A stretch of DNA of 64,000 nucleotides, from positions 1 through 64,000 of the forward strand of contig JAVVGL010000002.1 in assembly GCA_032249135.1 (NCBI GenBank), read 5' to 3'. A model generated the notes under the pieces. It made no database searches. It saw only the letters and a list, made by a program, of their open reading frames with translations, and was not told the origin of the DNA. Made by a program: the position numbers and the translations under genes. This document shows, piece after piece, positions 9,815 to 19,563 of this stretch. The stretch comes from Candidatus Calescibacterium sp. (GTDB taxonomy: Bacteria; Calescibacteriota; Calescibacteriia; Calescibacteriales; Calescibacteriaceae). The number at the start of each line of letters is the position of its first letter. The stretch's first letter is position 1.

Positions 9815-10681
9815 ATGATGAAACTTTACAAAATATTTGATGGAAAAGCTCAGGAGATTCAATCTGTTGATAAAGAAATTGCTGTCAGACTTTTTTCAGG
9901 AGTCGGACTATTTGAAACAACGAAAATTTTGAAAGGTAAACCAGTATTTATAAAAGACCATATCAGAAGACTTATAAATTTCTCAAAAAATGTATGGGGA
10001 AAATATCCTGATCCGGAAACAATAATATCTGCATCTGTTTTGGTTTCAGGTGAGTTAGAAATTGGTATGTTGAGAATATTCCTCGTAGAAGATAACCTCA
10101 ATTTTCATATTTTCTTGCTCACAGATGATTTTCCATACTCAAAAACCTCAAATCTTACCATCCAAATTCTTCCGTACGAGAGAAATCCTAATTCCTTCTC
10201 TTCTGGATTAAAACCTATAAGCTACTTTGAAAATGTAGTTTTGAGAGAAAGACTCAAAAGAGAAAACATAGATGAAGGCATATTTTTGTCTGGTGGATTT
10301 ATAGCAGAAGGAACGAGAACAAATATTTTTTGGGTCAAAGATGGGAAAGTTTTTACTCCACCCCTAAATCTTGGGATTTTAAGTGGGATAACAAGGTCAA
10401 AAATAATCATGATATGTAAGGAGAAACTTTCTATTGAAGTTAGTGAGGAGTTTATAAAACCGGAAGATATTATGGAAGCAGATGAAGTTTTCTTATCCGG
10501 ATCAGTTCTCGGGGTGGGTAGCGTTAGGAAGATAATTCACAACGGGAAAGAAAGAATCTTTGATATTGATAAATTTCACCTTTCCTCTATCATAAGAGAC
10601 GAGCTTTATAAGATGGAATTAGAAGATGTCCAGCTTCTATCTGAGTTCTGGAGTGACCCCTCCGAAAATGAGATACGATAG
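9815..10681 (+). CDS. PLP-dependent class IV aminotransferase (PabC/IlvE family)
   Basis: GLFET, HIRRL, catalytic Lys in GLKPISY, AEGTRTNIF, LSGITR, ADEVFL. Confidence 0.9.
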   Translation: MMKLYKIFDGKAQEIQSVDKEIAVRLFSGVGLFETTKILKGKPVFIKDHIRRLINFSKNVWGKYPDPETIISASVLVSGELEIGMLRIFLVEDNLNFHIFLLTDDFPYSKTSNLTIQILPYERNPNSFSSGLKPISYFENVVLRERLKRENIDEGIFLSGGFIAEGTRTNIFWVKDGKVFTPPLNLGILSGITRSKIIMICKEKLSIEVSEEFIKPEDIMEADEVFLSGSVLGVGSVRKIIHNGKERIFDIDKFHLSSIIRDELYKMELEDVQLLSEFWSDPSENEIR

Positions 10682-11371
10682 TATGACATTAACGATAATG
10701 AACACCAAAGAATTTACTACAACTGATATTGATGATGCTCTTCCAACACCTTCAGATGATTCCTCTGCGTTGAATCCAAGAAAGCCAGAGATATTTCCGA
10801 TGATAAAACCAAATATAAATGATTTTGTAAGACCACCAACAATATCACGAATTGAAATGATGTTCCACATCTCATCAAAAGTCCCCTGAGCCATACCTTT
10901 TACATGAACAAAATAAACAAAAATTCCAGCTATTGATGTTATTGATATAACAGAAAAAATAGCGGGACATACGAAAGATATAGCTATTACTCGTGGAACT
11001 ACCACAAATCTCATAGGTGAGACTCCGATCACTTCAAGATATGTAAATTCTCCTCGGAGCTTCATCAGAGCTATTTCTGATGCTATTGCTGTTCCAGAAA
11101 CAGCAGTAATTATTAGAGCTGATATGACGGGTGCAACCTCCCTGAACATAACGAGAGAGACAGCGCCGGAGAGGAACCTCTGGACACCAAAAAGCTCCAA
11201 AGCTGTCCACGCATGAAACGCAGTTATTATTGCAAAAGGGACAGAAGTACCTATGGTTGGGAGCAAGTTCATTCTCGCAAATCTTCCGAAATGTATAATA
11301 ACTTCTTCAAAATATACTTTCCCAAATAGAGAAGCAAAAAATCTTAACTGATAGGTGATAAATGATTTCAT
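10637..11371 (-). CDS. mlaE: MlaE-family ABC transporter permease
   Basis: REVAPVISALI, ASEIALMK...E...LEVIGVSP..FVVVPRV, GVGRA...SVV. Confidence 0.9.
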   Translation of the reverse strand: MKSFITYQLRFFASLFGKVYFEEVIIHFGRFARMNLLPTIGTSVPFAIITAFHAWTALELFGVQRFLSGAVSLVMFREVAPVISALIITAVSGTAIASEIALMKLRGEFTYLEVIGVSPMRFVVVPRVIAISFVCPAIFSVISITSIAGIFVYFVHVKGMAQGTFDEMWNIISIRDIVGGLTKSFIFGFIIGNISGFLGFNAEESSEGVGRASSISVVVNSLVFIIVNVILSYLIFGGVTPELR

Positions 11372-11379
11372 CTACTCAT

Positions 11380-13023
11380 TTATTTTTCTTTGCTGCTACT
11401 GCCTATTGAATCAAGTAGTGAAGATAGAGAAAAACCCGATTTTTTATTTGACATTTCCTTCAATACAGCTCTGCTTTCACTTAATATTATGCTTTCCATC
11501 CTCTCATCGTACGAGATAACTTCTGCTTTGATTTCTTCTCCTTTTGAATAGCTAACTATTTTTCCTGAAAGTTCCTCTACCGGTATAATTCCTTTCACTG
11601 TTTTTCCGTTATAATTGAACGACACAACTAAAAATCTATCTTTTTTATCAGGTGTAAAAAGAATTTTTGCAGGAAAAATCTTTCCTTTAATCTCATCCGC
11701 AATTTTCTTTATTTTTTCTTCCTCCGCTTTTTTCTTGCTTACAATAACTTTTTTACCCTTAACACTGATAGGTTTAACTTTTATTTCTACTCCCGGTTCA
11801 AGTTTCGTCTCCTCACCATCAAGGAACCATGATACCTCGTTCTTTGGTAAGAAAGCTTTTACTTTTGAGTTTGCTTCTTCAACTATAAGCTCAACAAAAT
11901 ATCCATCTCTTTCTTTCTCTAAAACTCGTGCTTCTCTTTCCTTATCTTTTGTTTTTTCTATTATATCATAAGGGTTCGGTAATATTCTTTTCAAGCTAAG
12001 AGTTACTCTTTTCTGCTCTGGTGAAAGACTTATGATTGAAGCTTTGATTTTTTGACCTATCTCGAACTTTGGAATTTCATCGTTCCAACTTACCTCGGAG
12101 TAAGGTAATAGAGCTTCAATTTGAGAATTACCAATTTTTACTTTCACGAAAACCCCAAAATTTTTTATATCCGAAACTTCTCCTTCCACTATATCTCCCA
12201 ATTTGAATTTTTGCGTTAGTTCATTCCATGGATCCCCTTTCAGATGCTTTATACTTGCTCTTATGAAAGGTTCTGTTTCAAGTATTTTTACTTTCACCTC
12301 GTCACCTTTTTTAAGGAAGTCTCGGCAGCTTTCAACTTTCGTCCAATCTACATCATCCCGCAATATTTTTCCCCTAATCCCCCCACCGAAGTCTATTTCT
12401 GCGTATGCATCTTTTACCATTATTATTTTACCTTCCATTATAGCTCCAACTTTGAGTTGCTCAAGAACTCTTCTTTTTTCCTCCTCACGAAGTATATTCA
12501 GATAATCTTTTCTTGATATTATCCACTTGCCATCCTGTGCTCTTTCTTTTATCATGAACTCGTAATGAAATCCTGGCTTTATATCTTCTGCAAGAGATAT
12601 AGGACAATAAGCTATATATTCGCCAAATCCAAGACCAGAGAAATCTCCAACATCTACTTCATAAAATCCTTTGTTTCTGCCGACAACGACTCCAATTACA
12701 GATTTTCTTTCCTCCATAAGTTTTGTGAGATACTCGGACATTTTTATTTCTTTTGCTGCCTTATACGAGAGCTTGAATAAACCGTCAGAAGATCTACCCA
12801 AAAGAACCGCCTCGATTTCCTGTCCTTTTTTTAGTTTCTCTTTGTCTATTTCTGATTTTTTTATTTTCCCCTCTGTTTTTAGACCGAGCTCTACTATAAC
12901 ATAATCGTCAAGAATTTCAACTATTCTGCACTTCAATATTTTTCCCTTCTTTGGTTCTTCTGGTTGAATAAAAATATACTTTTCTATTTCCTTTGCAATA
13001 TCTATTTTTTCAGATTGCATCAC
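11380..13023 (-). CDS. rpsA: 30S ribosomal protein S1 (divergent)
   Basis: Multiple S1/OB repeats (LGLKTEG, FGVFV, SEVSW, SLKR...P). Purine-rich SD upstream. Confidence 0.85.
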   Translation of the reverse strand: MMQSEKIDIAKEIEKYIFIQPEEPKKGKILKCRIVEILDDYVIVELGLKTEGKIKKSEIDKEKLKKGQEIEAVLLGRSSDGLFKLSYKAAKEIKMSEYLTKLMEERKSVIGVVVGRNKGFYEVDVGDFSGLGFGEYIAYCPISLAEDIKPGFHYEFMIKERAQDGKWIISRKDYLNILREEEKRRVLEQLKVGAIMEGKIIMVKDAYAEIDFGGGIRGKILRDDVDWTKVESCRDFLKKGDEVKVKILETEPFIRASIKHLKGDPWNELTQKFKLGDIVEGEVSDIKNFGVFVKVKIGNSQIEALLPYSEVSWNDEIPKFEIGQKIKASIISLSPEQKRVTLSLKRILPNPYDIIEKTKDKEREARVLEKERDGYFVELIVEEANSKVKAFLPKNEVSWFLDGEETKLEPGVEIKVKPISVKGKKVIVSKKKAEEEKIKKIADEIKGKIFPAKILFTPDKKDRFLVVSFNYNGKTVKGIIPVEELSGKIVSYSKGEEIKAEVISYDERMESIILSESRAVLKEMSNKKSGFSLSSLLDSIGSSSKEK

Positions 13024-13202
13024 AACTTCTTATTTCCCTTTCCCCCTCCCAAAAAAGTATGAAAAAAAATTTTTTATCATGACGATGAAATCACATTCTT
13101 TTTTCTTCTTTTTTCTTCTTTCTCTTTTTTTTATTTTTAGCTGTTTCCTTTTTATTAATAATTATTCGTCGCTTTTACCTTTTTCCAAAAATTTTTCAAT
13201 AT

Positions 13203-14198
13203 TTACCGATGGAAAGTTGGAACAGTAGAAGCAACTACTCTTTTTATTTGGACTATACCTTTTTTGATTTCACCTATCGCTATTATTTTTCCGGTATCGT
13301 CAGCTAATATCACTTTCTCACCGTTGGTCCCTTGCACCTTAAATTTAGGAGGCGCTCCGCTCATTACCCTTTGTATATCTTGACCTCTTATTACTATTTT
13401 CCTCATATCAAGAAGCTCTGGAGTTACTTCTCTTATATATTTTTTGATTTGATCTGCTGACATATGCTTTATTGCTTCAAATGGTATTGCATCCTTTTCT
13501 GTGAAATGCCCACACCTTATTCTCCTTAATGATTTCAAAGTCCCCCCGACTTTCTTTCCATTTATAGTGAGCTTCTCTCCTATATCTCTGGCAAGAGCCC
13601 GAACATACATACCAGATGATGAAAGTATTTTCAACTTTATTGAAGGCAAAGAAATACCCAAGATTTCTATACTATAAATAGTGACACGTTTCGGTTGGAG
13701 TTCCAATAGCTTTCCCTCTCTTGCCCACTCATAAAGGGGTTTTCCCATATATTTTTTAGCAGAATAGTAAGGAGGAACTTGCTCAATTATTCCCTCAAAA
13801 GATTTTACCACCTCCTCTATTTGCTTTAAACTTAACTTTTTTACATCAGATTCATCTATGGAATATATTTCTCTCCCGGTAATATCATCTGTATCAGTTC
13901 TCTTTCCCAAAAGTATCTCCGCTATGTATTCTCTATCTTTATCAATAAGGTAAGGAATGAATTTAGTTGCTCTGCCAATTGCTATGGGAAGAACACCAGA
14001 TGCAATCGGATCTATCGTCCCTATATGACCTACTTTTACTCTCAACTTCCTTTTTATAAGGTTATCTATCTGTGTTGATGTTTTCCCTTCTGGCTTGTCT
14101 ACAACTATTATTCCTATTATTTCTTTTTCTTCCCCTTTTCCTTCCGGTTGAATTTGATTTTGTACTCCCTCATCTATCTTGATGTTTTGCTTTTCCAT
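13203..14198 (-). CDS. truB: tRNA pseudouridine(55) synthase
   Basis: DKPEGKTS, KVGHIGTIDPIASGVL, QVPPYYSAKK, GMYVRALARDIG, C-terminal PUA-like segment. Confidence 0.96.
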   Translation of the reverse strand: MEKQNIKIDEGVQNQIQPEGKGEEKEIIGIIVVDKPEGKTSTQIDNLIKRKLRVKVGHIGTIDPIASGVLPIAIGRATKFIPYLIDKDREYIAEILLGKRTDTDDITGREIYSIDESDVKKLSLKQIEEVVKSFEGIIEQVPPYYSAKKYMGKPLYEWAREGKLLELQPKRVTIYSIEILGISLPSIKLKILSSSGMYVRALARDIGEKLTINGKKVGGTLKSLRRIRCGHFTEKDAIPFEAIKHMSADQIKKYIREVTPELLDMRKIVIRGQDIQRVMSGAPPKFKVQGTNGEKVILADDTGKIIAIGEIKKGIVQIKRVVASTVPTFHR

Positions 14199-14199
14199 C

Positions 14200-14565
14200 T
14201 TACTGTTGCAGTTGGAATAAGTTCTTCTTTACTTCATCACAAATCTTCCTGAAACCTTCCTTATCTGAGAAAGCGATTTCAGCTAAAGTTTTTCTATCCA
14301 ACTCAATCCCCAACTTTTTCAATCCATATATGAGATGAGAATATTTCAGACCGTTTTCTCTTGCAGCCGCATTTATTCTTGCTATCCATAATCTCCTCAT
14401 TTGTCTTTTTTTCAATTTTCTTCCCGTGTAGGCGTGACTTAATGCCCTGATAACATACTGAGTAGCTATCTTCGTACTTCTTGATTGCGCACCATAGTAT
14501 CCTTTTGCAAGTTTTAAAATCTTTTTCCTTCTCTTTCTTCTTGGAACAACAAACTTTACCCTCAC
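14200..14565 (-). CDS. rplT: 50S ribosomal protein L20
   Basis: KKILKLAKGYYG, RRLWIARINAAAR, LDRKTLAEIA. GTG start with AAGGAGG SD. Confidence 0.98.
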   Translation of the reverse strand: MRVKFVVPRRKRRKKILKLAKGYYGAQSRSTKIATQYVIRALSHAYTGRKLKKRQMRRLWIARINAAARENGLKYSHLIYGLKKLGIELDRKTLAEIAFSDKEGFRKICDEVKKNLFQLQQ

Positions 14566-14652
14566 CTTTTTAACCTCCTTATCTTACTTATCTTATAAAA
14601 TAAAATCAAAAATTAAAAGAAATAAGAGTAGGAAACAAAAAAACAGGAAAAA

Positions 14653-16200
14653 TCAGAAAAATGGAAAAATAGATGGGTAAATAGAGATAAAAATATTATT
14701 ATCATATCTTTTTTTCTTCAATCTTTCAGCGATCAAAAGAACTTCTGGGGGAAGAAAGGAAGAAGGAAAGGGGAATGGAGAAATGAGATCCATTATTGAG
14801 AGTTTCGGGAATTCCTGAACCTGCAATTTCCCATCGGAAAGCTCATAAACTATTTCTGGTAAGGATTTCAGATCATCTACGAGTTTGAGTTCCTTCGCTT
14901 TCTTACCAGAAAAAACGGAACCATCTGAAATGTTTTTTACCGTGGAAACTTGCAATCCTCTTCCCTCAGCAACTTTCTTTATGAAAGCCTCATGCTCCTC
15001 CCTAACAAAATTTTCAAGAAGCTTTTTTTCTGTTTGAGATAACTTTTTGTATGGAGAGAAAATATCACTGAATTCACCATAAGATACAATTTCTGTGTCA
15101 ATCCCAATTTTTTTGAGAAGTTTTCCGAGAAACGGTTTCACAAGAAAAACACCTATTGAACCTATTGCAGAAAAAGGCGTAGCAAATATTTTATTTGCAG
15201 AAACTCCAGCAAGATACCCACCAGAAGCTCCCACAGAAGAAAATGAAACAAAAACTCTTTTTTTTCTCTGTAGATATTCAACTTTTTCGTTGATGATATG
15301 AGAACCAGTTGCATCTCCACCTCTTGAATCTATGCGCAAAACCACAGCTTCAATTGACCTATTATCTGCCAACTTTAAAAGCAGTTCAGAGAAAAAATGT
15401 GGATTTATAAAGTTCGGTGAGGGACTATCTCCTATTATTCCCTGCATATTCACAAGGGCTAATTTTTTTTCTCGTCCAACTGGGAATTTAAAAAATCTTC
15501 TGTAAGGATATATTATATCGCAATCTCCAAATTCCCTTTTTATTATGTCAGAAAGCGAGAGATTTGAAATCTCATCAACTACATTCCACGATAAAAGATC
15601 CTTTCCCCTCATAATTCCTGCAAAATAAACATCTGGTTTAAATTTTTCTGTTTCCGAAATGAGAGCAGATTTTATTTCGTGAATAAATCTTTCTACATCT
15701 TTCTTTATATACTCCGGAACAGACTCTTTCGTGAGAATATCAGGAATAGATTTGAGCTTACCGCTTTTTACGGTTTCAATTTCAATTCCTATCTTTTTGA
15801 AAAATCCACCTAATGCATTTATAGTTGCAGAAAAACCCGTGAGAAAAAACTCCGAGTTTTCAGGAGCTATAACCCTATCACAAGCGGAAGCCAAAAAAAC
15901 CTCAGGAATACCACCAGAGCGAACATATCCCAAAATTTTTATACCATCTTGTCTGAGAAGTGCAACAACTCTTCTTATTTCCCAAACCTCAGATAAAGAA
16001 AGATTTGAAGGAGAAATATCAAGGAAAACACCATTTGATTCTTTACCTTTATCAAAAATGAAGCGAAGTATATCTGAAAAAGTTGGTTTTCTCATCATAA
16101 TCTCATGAATCCCCCTTGATTTCGGAATAACTCCCCCAAGCTGGACAAAAACAACTTGGTTCCTTTTTCTGAATAACTGAATCATAAATATAAGTTTCAC
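14653..16200 (-). CDS. sppA: Signal peptide peptidase SppA (S49, two-domain form)
   Basis: LRIDSRGG, ASGGY, GSIGV, F...VAEGR, GSVFSG..A.EL.LVD. Degenerate N-terminal S49 half with KSGKLKS. Confidence 0.88.
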   Translation of the reverse strand: MKLIFMIQLFRKRNQVVFVQLGGVIPKSRGIHEIMMRKPTFSDILRFIFDKGKESNGVFLDISPSNLSLSEVWEIRRVVALLRQDGIKILGYVRSGGIPEVFLASACDRVIAPENSEFFLTGFSATINALGGFFKKIGIEIETVKSGKLKSIPDILTKESVPEYIKKDVERFIHEIKSALISETEKFKPDVYFAGIMRGKDLLSWNVVDEISNLSLSDIIKREFGDCDIIYPYRRFFKFPVGREKKLALVNMQGIIGDSPSPNFINPHFFSELLLKLADNRSIEAVVLRIDSRGGDATGSHIINEKVEYLQRKKRVFVSFSSVGASGGYLAGVSANKIFATPFSAIGSIGVFLVKPFLGKLLKKIGIDTEIVSYGEFSDIFSPYKKLSQTEKKLLENFVREEHEAFIKKVAEGRGLQVSTVKNISDGSVFSGKKAKELKLVDDLKSLPEIVYELSDGKLQVQEFPKLSIMDLISPFPFPSSFLPPEVLLIAERLKKKRYDNNIFISIYPSIFPFF

Positions 16201-16260
16201 ATGAAGGTGAGAAAATAAAGAAATTTCAGGAAATACCAGCGATCATTTTATCTTTTTAGT

Positions 16261-17385
16261 TTATTTTTCAAATTCCAGGACACTTATTCTAACCCATCCT
16301 ATGTTTTTTCCATCAGTAACTTTGACCCATTCATTTTGCTTTTCAAGAACGAGAACTTTTCCACCGCCTGATATTTTACCAGCCTGTGCAGCTTGCGGAG
16401 AAGGTCTATCTCTTAAAATTATGCTTGTATATTTTGAAGATATATAGGCATACTCTTCAAGAGGAGCCGGCTCTTTTTCCGGAGGAATTGATGTGATCTC
16501 TTTTTCCTTCTCCTCCTTTACTGCTTTTTCTTCCTTCCTTTCCCTCATAAGTCCTTCGGTTCCTTTCATAAGCTTCTCCATATCTCCTATGAAATTCACT
16601 CCTTTGATAACGGACTGGAAATCGGGGAACTTTTTTCCAAGATGAACAGGAATTTTTATTAAAAGTATCTCTGCGGAAATGAAACCTACCTCAGAGCTTT
16701 TCTCAATATTATGAGGAACAAATAAGATAGGAATTTTCATTCTTTTCATAACCTCTGCCGCATCACGAGCAAGACCGTATGTAAATTCCTCCGAATCTGA
16801 TTTCTTGACAACAAATTTATATTCCAAGTTAAAGTTAGTTGTAAGATATTTGAGGCAGGGTGAGTAGATGGCAAAATCTGTTATCACAAATGAGCGAATA
16901 ATAGGTTCAAGTGTAGAAAAAAAGTTATCAACTTCTGACATGAATTCAGATAGCCTTTTTTCATAAAACTCCTGCGAAAAATCAGGGGAAAGCTTCCTGA
17001 AAAATCCAGACAATATAGCCGCAACTCTTTTTACATATTCCTTATTCAGCATAAAGCAATTTGAATCGCCATAACCATTTATATACTTTGAAATATCTAT
17101 ATGTCCTTCTCTACCCTCCAAAATTTTTGAATTTCTCGCTCTCCAAAGAGCCTGAGATAGCCAGGCTTTTTCAAATGTTCCAGTATGAACAAAAATATCA
17201 GCCCTGTTGAGAAGCCGCACATGAAAATCATTTATTTGAAAATCACGCGGTGAGCTTTCACTCTGATCTAAAAGATAATAAACCTCAAAAGAAGGATCTG
17301 CAATCTTGCTTGCAATATAATATAAATCATAATTAGATGTAACCACAACTACGGAGACAAGAAATAATGTCTGAATCAAAATCAT
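16261..17385 (-). CDS. ZnuA/TroA-like substrate-binding protein lacking His ligands, fused to a C-terminal SH3b domain
   Basis: VVVTS, LLNRADIFVHTG.FE.AWL...ARN..I..G..G.ID. The C-terminus LRDRPS...GKI..G.KVLVLEKQNEWVKV...GWV is SH3b-like. Confidence 0.75.
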   Translation of the reverse strand: MILIQTLFLVSVVVVTSNYDLYYIASKIADPSFEVYYLLDQSESSPRDFQINDFHVRLLNRADIFVHTGTFEKAWLSQALWRARNSKILEGREGHIDISKYINGYGDSNCFMLNKEYVKRVAAILSGFFRKLSPDFSQEFYEKRLSEFMSEVDNFFSTLEPIIRSFVITDFAIYSPCLKYLTTNFNLEYKFVVKKSDSEEFTYGLARDAAEVMKRMKIPILFVPHNIEKSSEVGFISAEILLIKIPVHLGKKFPDFQSVIKGVNFIGDMEKLMKGTEGLMRERKEEKAVKEEKEKEITSIPPEKEPAPLEEYAYISSKYTSIILRDRPSPQAAQAGKISGGGKVLVLEKQNEWVKVTDGKNIGWVRISVLEFEK

Positions 17386-17432
17386 AACTAAAATTTAAAA
17401 CAAAAGGAAAAAATTTTTTTCTTTTTTATATT

Positions 17433-18560
17433 TTATCTTACCTCAAACATAGCTTGCAAATAAAAAGCACTTTGACCTGCAAACTCTTCCGAGAAATTTC
17501 CAGTCCACTGCAATCTTAATTTCACATCTCGGGAAGGCAAAAATGTTCCAGCAATAGATATTTCAAATATTGCAGGTAATGTCCGAGATCCTCCCACCTC
17601 AAAAAATTCGTTTCTTGGAACACCAAAGACTTCTGGTCTTATTGAAGCATAAAATATATTTACTGGAGCTACCTGAAACTCAGAAAATATGCCACCATCA
17701 ACAACGAGGAAAGATGGTAATTGCATTCTCCTCAAAATATATCCTACATTCATATAAAAATATGGACGAAATGAAAAGAAAGCATCTCCGCCGAAGAATT
17801 CAGTAAAGTTATCAGAAATTATAACATTTCCTTTCAGTCTGTCAGAAGAATTATTTTTCCCGGTTGCCCAGAAAAGAGAAAATCCCCCAGAAACATCTTC
17901 TTTCCCGAAAACATTCTTTACAGAGACAAGATAAGTAAAATCAAAGCTTCCCTTACCTCCCCAAGAACTTTCTGAACCATCAAAAATTTGTCCTACTATT
18001 TCCAGCGTCCAAGGTAAAGGAGGGAATATAGAAACCTCAACTCCTTCATCTAAAAAGCCATCCTGTCCGAAAAAATTTCTAATTGTGAATGGTCTTTCAA
18101 CAAAGAACCTGTCAAAAAATTGCCTTGAATTTGCATCACCTATTGCCCCATAAAACCTACCGATAGTGAATCTGACAAAAGGCAATCCACGAGTTGAAAG
18201 GAATAGTTCTTTTACTCTAAAAAACTCTTCAATTCCAGAAGCTTTCCCTAAAAAATCCCCAACTACGGGAGATTTGGTTGTAAGCGCATCTGTGAAAAAA
18301 TAAAGATTTTGAGGTGTAATATCTATTTGAGCTTTCGCAAAGAAAAAACCACTTGAACCCAAAACCGAAAGCTCCAAGTTCCTTAAAGAGAACATAAAGA
18401 AGTTATTTCTTCCGGCAAACCCGGCAAAAAGAGAGTTCCCCCGTAAAGTCAAGTCCATCGCAAACGATCTTACCGGAAATAAAAGGGAAATAAAAATAAT
18501 AAAGAACTTAATAAAAAATAAAAAAAGTAAAGGTTTGTTTTTATTTTTTAATCCCATCAT
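17433..18560 (-). CDS. Outer-membrane beta-barrel, related to the zinc-regulated receptors/porins found beside ZnuA-like genes
   Basis: Signal peptide ending SFA, amphipathic beta strands, FSLRNLEL, GRF...G..N....D..FVERP, GVEVS..PPLPW..E, KLRLQW, C-terminal LQAMFEVR. Confidence 0.7.
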   Translation of the reverse strand: MMGLKNKNKPLLFLFFIKFFIIFISLLFPVRSFAMDLTLRGNSLFAGFAGRNNFFMFSLRNLELSVLGSSGFFFAKAQIDITPQNLYFFTDALTTKSPVVGDFLGKASGIEEFFRVKELFLSTRGLPFVRFTIGRFYGAIGDANSRQFFDRFFVERPFTIRNFFGQDGFLDEGVEVSIFPPLPWTLEIVGQIFDGSESSWGGKGSFDFTYLVSVKNVFGKEDVSGGFSLFWATGKNNSSDRLKGNVIISDNFTEFFGGDAFFSFRPYFYMNVGYILRRMQLPSFLVVDGGIFSEFQVAPVNIFYASIRPEVFGVPRNEFFEVGGSRTLPAIFEISIAGTFLPSRDVKLRLQWTGNFSEEFAGQSAFYLQAMFEVR

Positions 18561-18635
18561 ACTTGAAAAAATTTTAAAAAAATAAGACTTAATTTTTCAA
18601 ATCGTAAAGTGAGAAATTATTTTTTAGATCATTTT

Positions 18636-19337
18636 TTATTTAATTTCAAGTCTTTTTTCACACACATTTTTGTATGGGCAAGAAAGGCATATTTTGTGAG
18701 ATGAAGAAATTGATGGTGGGCGTTTCCCAAGAAAGAATTCCATTATCCTTTTGAACTCCTCAAAAACAAAATTTTTCACATCAGAAAATAAAAAAGTTTC
18801 CGAAAAAGATTTTTCATCTGATGTGCTCTTCACTATAACTTCAAGATTTATATCGTAAGGCAGACCCCCGACCATATTCTCAATACAAATTGAATATAAT
18901 CCGAGTTGTATGATATCAGATGAATAAACCTCAGCTTTCTTTCTTGTTTTGAGTTCAACTATTCTCTCTATCTTACCATCCGAAAAAATGATAAGGTCCG
19001 GCTCACCGGTTATAAAGACGCGAACTCCAGATTCCCTATCTTTCCACATAAGTCCAACACGAGTTGCAACTCCTACTCTTTCACCTTTTAGAACCAAACT
19101 ATCAATTTTACTAACATCAGTCAAATCGTAGGAGAAAAACTCCTCATGCAATTTCCTACCAAGAACCATCTCATCAGTATCAACTTTTCCATAGCGCAAT
19201 TCTAAAACTTTTCTCCATTCACAATACACAGAGCTTGAAATATCTGAAATAAACACCCGGGGAATATTTTCAGATTTTGCGATTTCAGAGAGCTCAAAAA
19301 ACCTTTTACAAATAAGAGATAGTATTGAACTTGGCAT
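18636..19337 (-). CDS. Solo Cas4-like PD-(D/E)XK exonuclease with a 4Fe-4S cluster
   Basis: N-terminal YCE, G..LHE, GEPD...VELKT, QLGLY, C-terminal CxxCxxxxxC (CLSCPYKNVC). Confidence 0.85.
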   Translation of the reverse strand: MPSSILSLICKRFFELSEIAKSENIPRVFISDISSSVYCEWRKVLELRYGKVDTDEMVLGRKLHEEFFSYDLTDVSKIDSLVLKGERVGVATRVGLMWKDRESGVRVFITGEPDLIIFSDGKIERIVELKTRKKAEVYSSDIIQLGLYSICIENMVGGLPYDINLEVIVKSTSDEKSFSETFLFSDVKNFVFEEFKRIMEFFLGKRPPSISSSHKICLSCPYKNVCEKRLEIK

Positions 19338-19563
19338 AAACTAATAGTCCATTGTTAAAAATTTAGTTTTTCATTAAAATAAAATTATTTGAAAGAAGAT
19401 TTTAGTATGCATAGAAGGTTGAAAATTGCCATCAGTAAGATAAGATGACCTTGCTTTAACGCCGGAAAATATAATTATAGATTATGGTATAAGATAGCAA
19501 AAGCAAATGAGGGATGTTAATATTTTGATTTTGGATTTATAAAGTGAAAAATTTTTCTTTGTG

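Noticed and set aside
13024..13200. Structured rpsA leader or ncRNA
   Set aside because: Mostly A/T tracts with only a 5-bp potential pairing (GACGA/TCGTC).
19390..19545. Coding-like patch between the Cas4-like gene and coaBC
   Set aside because: Stops in all plus frames read and no recognisable family or RNA fold; may be an old remnant but cannot be supported.
18560..19560. CRISPR array or cas operon near the Cas4-like gene
   Set aside because: No repeated 25-40 nt unit with spacers here or elsewhere in the window, and no cas1/cas2.
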